The translations under genes were made by a program, and so were the position numbers. The notes under the pieces are model-generated. The model was not told the origin of the DNA and made no database searches. It was given only the letters and a program-made list of their open reading frames with translations. From an uncultured Deferribacteres bacterium (GTDB lineage Bacteria; Zhuqueibacterota; Zhuqueibacteria; Zhuqueibacterales; Geothermadaptataceae), in NCBI GenBank assembly GCA_964014485.1, contig CAXHAT010000157.1, positions 1 through 19,014 on the forward strand: a DNA stretch of 19,014 nucleotides, in the 5' to 3' direction. Positions within the stretch are counted from its first letter, which is position 1. Every line of letters begins with the position of its first letter. Positions 9,437-17,013 of the stretch are shown here, in pieces.

Positions 9437-9574
9437 TTCTCATTAGCGCCGGGCTTCAGCCCGGTGACGCGCGAAACGCCCAATTTCACCTCTTCCCGCC
9501 GCGCCGGCGGGGCGGGAAGAGGCGGGATGGCCGCCCTCAAACATCTCCGCTCTGAAGAGCGGAGCTAATGAGAA
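9437..9574. repeat. REP-doublet / MITE-like element (138 bp) with inverted ends and internal hairpin
   Basis: Terminal IR TTCTCATTAGC / GCTAATGAGAA, each followed inward by an 8-bp hairpin with a TTCA loop; internal 12-bp stem CCTCTTCCCGCC (9489-9500) / GGCGGGAAGAGG (9511-9522). Confidence 0.75.
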
Positions 9575-9881
9575 TCAAAGGTTTCCCGCAGGCTTTGATT
9601 GCGGGCGCCAAACGATGCGTGCTTAACTTCAGATTATAATTTCGACAATGCTTTCAGCAGTTCAGACGGCTGTTCTGAACCTTGGAAACGTACGGCTTTG
9701 CCGCTCCTGCAAAAGATGGTTCGTTTCGTATCGGCGGGAATACGCAAGCCATAGAAGCCCTCGTTTTGAACAGCGATTGACGCCTGCGGGTAGCAAGTCG
9801 ATTCTTAGAACCATAAATCAAAAGGTGATTCTCAGGGCGAGAGTCGTCTGAAATTGACTATTAGCAAAAAGGTAAATAAAA

Positions 9882-11828
9882 ATGAAAAACTCATATTTTA
9901 TTCATTCAATCCGCAATGTCGCGAAAATGCTCGCGATGTTGTTTGTTTTGACGTTGGGCGTCCAAAATACGATTGCCAGACAGGATCAATGTAACCGCCC
10001 CAACCCGAATTTCTGTCCCGGCAATTTTTTACAGAACGGCGATTTTGAAACCATCACCGGTAATCCCAACCTTAGTTCGGACGTTGATGTTAATATGGCC
10101 TCGGGCTGGCTTTCTCTCTGGAATAGCCAGGTCAGTGCTGATTTGCATTGTAACGGCGGCGGCAATTCGACTGGGACAGCTCCCGTTCCCAACTCGTTCG
10201 TTTACGCCGGCATGTGGATTGAAAACAGACCAGGCACAAATACGGTAAACGCCAGTCAGCGTGAAGGCATGCAGAACAGATTGGCGACGCCGATTGCCCA
10301 AAATTCCGGTCAATACACATTAGAGTTCAACATCGCAAACGCTTTGGCGCCAGGCGGGAACAACAGTTCAAGCGTAAGCATCGGCGTCTATGGCGTTTAC
10401 AATCCTAACTCCTCTGTTGCTGTCAGACCGACCGGCGCTAACGCAAATCCGACAAATGTCAATTTATGGCAATCCGTCGATTCTTCCGTTGAAGTCGTCT
10501 TGTTAGGTACGATTACGACGCCTTCTAACTTTACCAACACATGGGTTCCACAAAGCGTCTCGTTTGACTCCGCGATTCTGCCTGACGGCGGAATCACCCA
10601 CATCATGATAACCGCGGATGACAACGCGCGTCCCGCAACTTACAGAAAAGTGTATGTGAACTTCGACGAGTTTTGTCTGCAAAGACAGCCTTGCGAATGG
10701 CTGAATAATCCGTTTACGCCGTCGATAGTTTACGGCCTCCAGGGTTCGACTTTCTCCGGAGGGGTAGATTCGTTCACGCCGCCGATTGACTGTCAAAACA
10801 TCAAGTATACCTGGACTTTTGATAATGACGGTGTCATCGAAAAATGGAACGACGGTTCCGTCAGTTTTACTTTCCCGCCGGTCAGTGGACCGTTCGGGCT
10901 CGTAAAAGATGTTTGTGTGGAAATCGCGTGCTTCGGCAGCGATACGACCGGCATGCCTTCCTGCGTCAGTCAAAAGGCCTGCGTCAACTTTCCGTTGCAT
11001 CCATGCGAATTCGAAACAGTTGATCTCGGCCCCGACACGACGGTTTGCGATACTTCCAATTTTGTTCTGGACGCCGGGCCCGGATGGCCGTCATACAAGT
11101 GGTTTGAGATTTCGGACAATACAAACGTGCTTTCCACCAGCCAGACCTACCAGCCGACTGCTCCCGACGGCGTTTATATCGTGGAAGTCAGCAATCCGGA
11201 CATCGGCAAGGCCTGCACCAAGCGCGATACGATTAAAGTTAAGGTAAAGGAATGCGATCCGTGCATCAGCAGTCTCACCTTCGACGCCCAGCCCGGCGAA
11301 TTCTGTACTATTGACTTCGCGGCCATCGCTTCCGGAATACAGATCGTTGGCTATCACTGGGATTTCGGCGACGGCGCAACGGCTGTCGGACCAAGCCCGT
11401 CGCATCAGTACGATGGCCCCGGCATTTACGCCGTGACTTTGACGGTGATTGGCGTCGATGCGGATGGAAAATGCTGCACAAGAAAGATCACTCGAAAAAT
11501 TAAGGTGGTTTGCAAGGAGTCCGGCGAATGCCTTGTTAGGCCGGATTTCTCGGTAAACAACATCATCAATCTCGAATTCCAGTTTACCAATGAAAGCGTC
11601 TCAAACAGCGTGACGACGATTGTCGGCTACCACTGGGATTTTGGGGACAACAACACTTCAACAGCGGAAAACCCGATCCATACTTACAACACTTTCGGGG
11701 TGTATCGAGTTACCCTGACCGTTTACGGTCTGGATAAAAACGGCGACTGCTGCATGGAGAAAATCTACAAATATATTAAAGCCTATCCGGCTGCGACAGG
11801 CTCAACAGTCATTGTGCCTGAAAAATAG
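9882..11828 (+). CDS. Secreted Cys-rich protein: N-terminal CBM-like jelly-roll, Ig-like segments, two C-terminal PKD domains
   Basis: Signal peptide; NFLQNGDFE...VNFDEFCL; VDLGPDTTVC...LDAGPGWPSYKW; two PKD motifs (YHWDFGDGATAVGPSPSHQYDGPGIYAVTLTV; YHWDFGDNNTSTAENPIHTYNTFGVYRVTLTV). Confidence 0.85.
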   Translation: MKNSYFIHSIRNVAKMLAMLFVLTLGVQNTIARQDQCNRPNPNFCPGNFLQNGDFETITGNPNLSSDVDVNMASGWLSLWNSQVSADLHCNGGGNSTGTAPVPNSFVYAGMWIENRPGTNTVNASQREGMQNRLATPIAQNSGQYTLEFNIANALAPGGNNSSSVSIGVYGVYNPNSSVAVRPTGANANPTNVNLWQSVDSSVEVVLLGTITTPSNFTNTWVPQSVSFDSAILPDGGITHIMITADDNARPATYRKVYVNFDEFCLQRQPCEWLNNPFTPSIVYGLQGSTFSGGVDSFTPPIDCQNIKYTWTFDNDGVIEKWNDGSVSFTFPPVSGPFGLVKDVCVEIACFGSDTTGMPSCVSQKACVNFPLHPCEFETVDLGPDTTVCDTSNFVLDAGPGWPSYKWFEISDNTNVLSTSQTYQPTAPDGVYIVEVSNPDIGKACTKRDTIKVKVKECDPCISSLTFDAQPGEFCTIDFAAIASGIQIVGYHWDFGDGATAVGPSPSHQYDGPGIYAVTLTVIGVDADGKCCTRKITRKIKVVCKESGECLVRPDFSVNNIINLEFQFTNESVSNSVTTIVGYHWDFGDNNTSTAENPIHTYNTFGVYRVTLTVYGLDKNGDCCMEKIYKYIKAYPAATGSTVIVPEK

Positions 11829-11837
11829 ATAAAACCG

Positions 11838-11872
11838 CCGCCTTCGAAATTCAATTTTGAGGGCGGCTTTTA
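11838..11872 (+). terminator. Intrinsic terminator after the PKD gene
   Basis: GCCGCCTTCGAAATT / AATTTTGAGGGCGGC stem (with G-U pairs) followed by TTTT. Confidence 0.7.
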
Positions 11873-12050
11873 CGCAGGTCGGAGCGCGGTCGTCAGGCTC
11901 TTGTTGAACGGCAATTTGACTGAATGCACAGCGTCCCGGCAGGCGCAGCGACGGAGATCGTCGCTGCATGACGACAATTCAAAATAACAGTTTATGCTTC
12001 AGGTTTTCAATGCAGCCTGAAGTGAAAATTTAATAGAGGGCAAGATAATC

Positions 12051-12551
12051 ATGGCTATAGTATGTTATACAGCGAGTGGGGAAAATCACTGGTTTTATAA
12101 AAGCGGCGGTTGAGGCGGAGTCGAGTTGGGCGGGCCCCACAACGTAACCTGCTATGAAGCGATTCCGACAGACCCGACGACTTTCCCTGACGGAAACGTC
12201 ATTGGACAAGGCGGAGGCGTCGTGCTGACCGAACTGGACAACATGACTTATGAAGCTGATCTCGAAACCGGGAACGTCTCGGTCGTCTTTCAGGGAGACG
12301 ACAGACCGAGAGTTTTCAGCGCCGTTGATTTGAACGGATTAGCCGCAGAGTACGATCTCATCGTCAGCGGCAGCGTCATCAAATACGGAATTCCCGCAAA
12401 AGTCATCAAGGGAGCAAAAAACCTGCGGTACAAAAGGGTGGCGATTTCCGTTTCATGCCTGAGCAAATGCTCAAAGAAAAAAAGGGTTCTCAAAGAGAAA
12501 AGCGTCATTATCGATCCATATAAATTCAGGACCGTGACGTTAATCGATTAG
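12051..12551 (+). CDS. Hypothetical 166-aa protein with in-frame TGA at codon 21 (candidate selenoprotein, otherwise nonsense-disrupted gene)
   Basis: AGAGGG RBS then ATG 12051; MAIVCYTASGENHWFYKSGG-TGA(12111-12113)-GGVELGGPHNVTCYEA continues in frame into the 12126..12551 ORF, which ends at TAG. Confidence 0.6.
12114..12153 (+). promoter_or_regulatory. Candidate bacterial SECIS hairpin directly 3' of the in-frame UGA
   Basis: GGCGG...GTTGGG-CGGGC-CCCACAAC...CTGCT can fold into an imperfect stem; the apical loop starts after a 17-nt spacer from the UGA and has G at its second position; folded by eye only. Confidence 0.4.
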
Positions 12552-12635
12552 ACGGACCATGACTCACGTCGAACCAATCGACAATGACAAACAACCCATA
12601 CAAAACAAACTCCCAAAATAACAAAGGATACAAAA

Positions 12636-14621
12636 ATGAAAACAATCATATATATGCTCTTCCTAAGCCTGCCGATGTGTCTTTTTGCGCAACAGCAGGC
12701 GGAAGTTTGCAGCGATACGCTCGACAACGACAACGACGGCCTCTACGATTGCGCCGATCCTGATTGCAGCGACGAAGCGGCTTGTGAAAACGCCATTCCC
12801 TGTACCAAAAACAGCGTTTTTTATCAGGTTCTGGGCGGGGACAGGTTTGTCAGTTATGATCCCGCCGCTCTGCAATACACTGACATCCATACGAATCCAT
12901 ATACAATCAACGCCATCGGCTACAATGTGCATGACGGCTTTATTTATGGAATCAAGCAGCGAACTAACGAGCTGGTCAAGGTCGGCAAGGACGGCGTTTT
13001 CGATAATCTGGGAGCCGTCGTCGATCTGCCCCCGCCCCTAAGCGGCAGGTGGTACGTCGTCGGCGATTTCGATCTGGACGGTAATCTGTACGTTTATCAT
13101 GCAAGTCTGAACTCCGTTTACCGCATAGATGTTACCGACCGCAGCGCCGCGGCCATTGCTTTAAAGGACGATATGGGCGCACTGACAAAAGTGAAAATCG
13201 CAGACTTTTCATTCTTGCCGGATACGGAAAAGCTTTACGGACTGGAAAGCGGTACGGCGAGCTTGTTCTCAATTGACCTCGCCGGAAATGTAGAAGAGTT
13301 GGGACCGCCGTCGCCGCTTTCAGGGGATGCTGACAACAATCCTGCCGGATGCAACTCAGGTTTTGGCGCTTCATTCGCGGATAACAGCGGTTCTCTTTAT
13401 TTCTTCTGTAACGCCGATGGAGACTTGTTTAAAATTGACCCTGACAACATGATTTCGGAATTGCTGCAAGCCACAGGAGACACTCTTTTCGTCAACGACG
13501 GCGCGGCGTGCGCCCTGTCAGACAGCCTGGTGATCCCGGACGGCGCGTATTGCTGCGAGGGAGAAAACCTGATCGAAAACGGCAATTTCGAGAGCGGCGA
13601 TACGGGGTTTCAGAGCGACTACAAAGCCGTGATCAAGGGCTTTGCCGTCGATCCGAGCGAGTACGCCGTCATCGATTTCAACGACGCCGATTCGGTGTGC
13701 GCTGAATGGGAAGTCGCTGACCACACCTGGTGCGTGAACGGCGGCGGCAACAATCAAATTCTCGTCGTCAACGGTCAAACGCAGCAGAGCGCCAATGTTG
13801 ACAACGTCATCTGGCAGACGGCGAAGCCGGTTCAGGTCGAGCCGGACAGCATGTACAAATTCTGTTTTTTCGCCAACCATTTGCCGCAGTGCTGCTTTGA
13901 CATTGTCCCGGAACTTTCCGTTGAAGTGCGGGACGCGGGGACGATTGCCTGGATGCCCATCGTTCCGGCCTGGACTTCCGCCGCCTACACCGGAACGGAG
14001 CCGCCGCCCTGCGATTGGGAGAAAATCAGCGGAACGTTCGAAGCGCAGACCGGCGCCGTTGAAATCAGAATTCTGCTCAACGAAACAGGCAACGGCGACG
14101 GCAATGATTTGGCCCTCGACGACATTTCGCTCACCAAAATTCCGAAAACGGAACTGAGCATCGAAGTCTCCGCCAAAATTCCTTCCAATCCCTTGCAATT
14201 GCAAGCTTCCATCAACGATATTGTCAACACCGATGACGTTCTGCCGTCGCCTGAGTGCGAATATCTCTGGGCGATTGTGGAAGTTACGGATTTGTCTCCG
14301 CTGAATCTGGATTGGGGACAAACGATGAACAACGGCTGGTACGGCGGCAGTTCCGCGGGCCACGCCTGGGGGTTGACGACGGATTTTCCGGGAATCAGCC
14401 TGCCGGGCGACAAGCTCTACCGCGTTTATCTCTGCGTCTACGACTGCGACTGCCTGGCGGAAGCGAGCGTCTTCGAAGATTCCGGCGGCGCTTTCTCACT
14501 GGACGGCGATTCGCCAAAACTCGATCTGCGCCCCCGCAAAGCAAACGCAGGAAAACCAGACGCTACAGAAGATTTTCTCAAGAAAGTCCTGGAAAGAGAG
14601 AAAAACGAAAATAAACAATAA
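12636..14621 (+). CDS. Secreted Cys/Asp-rich protein: DxDxDG metal-binding motif, DUF6923-like beta-propeller, CBM-like domain
   Basis: Signal peptide; EVCSDTLDNDNDGLYDCADPDC; INAIGYNVHDGFIYG, VGDFDLDGNLY, FGASFADNSGSLYF, NDGAAC; NLIENGNFE...GNDLALDDISL. Confidence 0.85.
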   Translation: MKTIIYMLFLSLPMCLFAQQQAEVCSDTLDNDNDGLYDCADPDCSDEAACENAIPCTKNSVFYQVLGGDRFVSYDPAALQYTDIHTNPYTINAIGYNVHDGFIYGIKQRTNELVKVGKDGVFDNLGAVVDLPPPLSGRWYVVGDFDLDGNLYVYHASLNSVYRIDVTDRSAAAIALKDDMGALTKVKIADFSFLPDTEKLYGLESGTASLFSIDLAGNVEELGPPSPLSGDADNNPAGCNSGFGASFADNSGSLYFFCNADGDLFKIDPDNMISELLQATGDTLFVNDGAACALSDSLVIPDGAYCCEGENLIENGNFESGDTGFQSDYKAVIKGFAVDPSEYAVIDFNDADSVCAEWEVADHTWCVNGGGNNQILVVNGQTQQSANVDNVIWQTAKPVQVEPDSMYKFCFFANHLPQCCFDIVPELSVEVRDAGTIAWMPIVPAWTSAAYTGTEPPPCDWEKISGTFEAQTGAVEIRILLNETGNGDGNDLALDDISLTKIPKTELSIEVSAKIPSNPLQLQASINDIVNTDDVLPSPECEYLWAIVEVTDLSPLNLDWGQTMNNGWYGGSSAGHAWGLTTDFPGISLPGDKLYRVYLCVYDCDCLAEASVFEDSGGAFSLDGDSPKLDLRPRKANAGKPDATEDFLKKVLEREKNENKQ

Positions 14622-14696
14622 TAATCTCTCTGTTTCCAGTAATACTCATTCATAAATCGTAACAAAACTGAGCATAGAATCAAACGCTCTGTTTCG

Positions 14697-14733
14697 CAAA
14701 AGCCGGGTTTGATAAATTCAAATCCGGCTTTTG
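14697..14733. terminator. Intrinsic terminator (probably bidirectional)
   Basis: CAAAAGCCGGGTTTGA / TCAAATCCGGCTTTTG 16-bp stem, 5-nt loop, A and T tracts at the stem ends. Confidence 0.75.
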
Positions 14734-14865
14734 AATCGTGCCCTTTGTGAAACGAAATGTCTTGTTGATGCAGTTCCGATGCGGCGCCGAAAGTTCTGTC
14801 GTCCGTCAAACCCGCTTTTCTGTTCATCGGACGCAAATCGTTCAATTTTTAAGCTTACCCGCCTG

Positions 14866-14897
14866 ACAAATCGGTCATAAACCCGCACAAAACGGTC
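14866..14897. promoter_or_regulatory. Direct repeat with 21-bp period, LytTR-type operator candidate, upstream of the DinB-SnoaL-AhpD-HK cluster
   Basis: ACAAATCGGTC at 14866 and ACAAAACGGTC at 14887 (10/11 identical); a weaker copy GCAAATCGTTC at 14833. Confidence 0.45.
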
Positions 14898-15001
14898 GTT
14901 CCGCATTTTTCCAGCAAAACAGCCAGCGTCTCATGGCTGCTCCGTTTTATCTTCAGCCCAGCTTTGCAACAGGAATGCAAATTCAAAAATGGAGAATTGT
15001 T

Positions 15002-15547
15002 ATGAACGTGAACTTACCCTACCACGAAATTCCAGACTATCCGCCAGAATACAATGTCGGCACGGTTTTGAGTCGATTCATCGACGGCCTTGGCTTTCGC
15101 TATTTTTGGGCGACGGAGGGATTGACTGTCGAAGATTTTCAGTACAGGCCGTCAGAAGGCGCCCGCTCGCTCGGCGAAACCGTAGACCACATCTACGACA
15201 CGGCGTGTATGATCAATGGCGCTTTTATTCGCGAGCGATTCAACGTGAACGAAGTGAAACCGTCCGGGCTGCCCGCGGACAAATTGCGACGAAGAACGCT
15301 CGCATTGTTAAAAGATATGAGCGATTGGTTGAAGCAAAAAGATGATGCGAACTGGGATCAGGTTTCGCTTGGATTTCAAATTGGAGACAGCAAACCGGAT
15401 TTTCCCTTCTGGCATGCTTGCAATGGGCTCGTTTTGGATTTTGCTCAACATGTGGGGCAAATCGTCAGTTTCCGACGCACTCTGGGTAAGCCGATTAACC
15501 CTGAAGCGCACGTTTTTTTCGGTAAGTTGATGAAGCAAGCGGCATAA
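15002..15547 (+). CDS. DinB/YfiT-like four-helix-bundle protein
   Basis: DGLGFRYFWATEGLT..D..YRP...ARSLGETVDHI and D.AQHVGQIVSFRR..G.P motifs; GGAG RBS at 14991 favours ATG 15002 over 14933. Confidence 0.8.
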   Translation: MNVNLPYHEIPDYPPEYNVGTVLSRFIDGLGFRYFWATEGLTVEDFQYRPSEGARSLGETVDHIYDTACMINGAFIRERFNVNEVKPSGLPADKLRRRTLALLKDMSDWLKQKDDANWDQVSLGFQIGDSKPDFPFWHACNGLVLDFAQHVGQIVSFRRTLGKPINPEAHVFFGKLMKQAA

Positions 15548-15609
15548 AACCGCAAAGAAAATCAATTCACAAAACTCGTTTTTATTCCAAAGCGAAAGGG
15601 AGATTAGCA

Positions 15610-15984
15610 ATGTCTACAAACCTCGCTCTCACACAAGCTGCTTACGAAGGCTTCGGTAACGGTGACATGAATCCGCTTTTTAGCATACTCGCCGAAGATA
15701 TTCTCTGGAACAGCCACAGCCATCCGAGTTCGCCCTTTCACGGCGTCCATCGCGGCGTTCCGGCGATTCAGGCTTATTTTGGCAACATGGTAAAAGTTGA
15801 ACTGGAAAAATTTGAGATCATGAACATGATTGAAGCCGACGACAGAGTTGTCGTGCTCGTCGACGTCCGCCGAGTCACAAAGGAAAGCGGGCAAATGATT
15901 GAGGGAATGGCCGTTCACACTTATAAGTTCGCAAATGGTAAAATCACGCAGGCGGACTTGTACGAACCCAGTGCAGCGCTGTAA
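15610..15984 (+). CDS. SnoaL-like / NTF2-fold protein
   Basis: AYEGFGNGDM...LAEDILW...FHGVHRG..AIQAYF...DDRVVV...VHTYKFANGKI pattern; GGGAG RBS. Confidence 0.88.
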   Translation: MSTNLALTQAAYEGFGNGDMNPLFSILAEDILWNSHSHPSSPFHGVHRGVPAIQAYFGNMVKVELEKFEIMNMIEADDRVVVLVDVRRVTKESGQMIEGMAVHTYKFANGKITQADLYEPSAAL

Positions 15985-16069
15985 GATGGAGTAATGGAAT
16001 GATGGAGTAGTGGAATGCAAAACTCCATTATTCCAGCAATCCATTAATCCAATATTCCACAACTCCACT
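15985..16069. repeat. Inverted arrays of 8-bp tandem repeats (4x nnTGGArT, then 6 inverted units)
   Basis: GATGGAGT AATGGAAT GATGGAGT AGTGGAAT ... ACTCCATT ATTCCAGC AATCCATT AATCCAAT ATTCCACA ACTCCACT. Confidence 0.85.
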
Positions 16070-16101
16070 TCCCCGGTTTTTAAAATTTAGAGGAGAATGC
16101 A

Positions 16102-16677
16102 ATGCAAAGATTCGATCCGATAAAATACCCTGACGCGGGGACGCCGCTGGCGGAAATGTACAAAATGATCGTCGAGGGCGGCGGCCAGGGCGCGGAAGAA
16201 GGCGTGCCGACAAACTATGTCACTTCGATGGGTCAGCGTCCCGATTTGCTTGGCGGCGTGATGGGCATGGCGGGCGCGATTTTTTATGAAGGCCAAATTC
16301 CGATGACCGTCAAGCAAATGATCGGCATGGCCATCGCGATTTTGCATGATTGTCGTTACTGCGCCACCGGAACGCGCCGCGCTTTGGAAGCGATGGGCGT
16401 GCCGGTCGAAGTCATCGAAAGCTGCGCCAGTGATCCGGAGTTTTCAGCGCTGCCGCCCTCTCAGCGGGCGATTTTGAAATTCGCTCTGAAAGCCGATAAA
16501 TCCGCCGCTTCTTTAACCGACGATGATTTCCAGACGATGTACGATTTTGGCTTTTCCGAGGAGGAAGTCATCGAGATTTTGATGATCGTCGCTTCCGCGC
16601 GTTTTAACGATTTTTGGGCGGACGTCAGCCAAATTTCGCTGGACGGCGAGGAAGAAGCGGTATCGGCTGCCGCGTAA
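16102..16677 (+). CDS. AhpD/carboxymuconolactone decarboxylase-like protein (CRYC), atypical active site
   Basis: RPDLL, KQMIGMAIAILHDCRYC, SQRAILKFALK, LTDDDFQ..YDFGFSEEEVIEI match the peroxidase-related AhpD family; GAGGAG RBS. Confidence 0.85.
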   Translation: MQRFDPIKYPDAGTPLAEMYKMIVEGGGQGAEEGVPTNYVTSMGQRPDLLGGVMGMAGAIFYEGQIPMTVKQMIGMAIAILHDCRYCATGTRRALEAMGVPVEVIESCASDPEFSALPPSQRAILKFALKADKSAASLTDDDFQTMYDFGFSEEEVIEILMIVASARFNDFWADVSQISLDGEEEAVSAAA

Positions 16678-16728
16678 AATCAAGGCGAGTACATTTTAGT
16701 GAATTCTTTGCGTTTGACTTTGTGACTT

Positions 16729-16884
16729 AACGCAGAGAGGCGGAGATCACAGAGTTCCGCGGAGTTTTAAAAAAACAAAAGTTCAGATGTCCGCTTATGG
16801 GTGCTCGTACCTCAGTTTCGTCCATCATTGAAGTCACAATTAAGTGATCTTTGCGCTTCTCAGCGTTCTTTGCGTCTCTGCGTT
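16729..16884. repeat. Inverted arrays of ~9-bp tandem repeats (ACGCAGAG-type) flanking an ~84-bp spacer
   Basis: AACGCAGAG AGGCGGAG ATCACAGAG TTCCGCGGAG (16729-16764) versus CTTTGCGCTT CTCAGCGTT CTTTGCGT CTCTGCGTT (16849-16884). Confidence 0.7.
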
Positions 16885-17013
16885 TGTAAAAAACCCATGC
16901 GCGAATGCTTTTTTCGAGTACGATGGGAAATGGATTCATCAGAAACTGAACGATAATTTTGAACCGGATTGAGAGAGTGTACGAAATTTGATCTATCCAT
17001 CAAGGAGATAATC

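Noticed and set aside
9098..9851. Short ORFs 9098..9286, 9174..9446, 9181..9375, 9648..9851
   Set aside because: No convincing RBS, no recognisable motifs, and several overlap each other or the repeat.
12111..12113. Alternative genetic code (UGA = Trp or Gly) as the explanation of the in-frame TGA
   Set aside because: Several other genes here end at TGA in the expected position (2412, 2960, 7734, 17565) and the long genes have no internal TGA.
14933..15001. Longer DinB start at 14933
   Set aside because: No RBS there; GGAG precedes ATG 15002.
15985..16069. Possible CRISPR array or small ORFs (15604..16068 -, 16028..16213 -)
   Set aside because: Units are 8 bp with no unique spacers and there are no cas genes; those ORFs are repeat-derived or antisense shadows.
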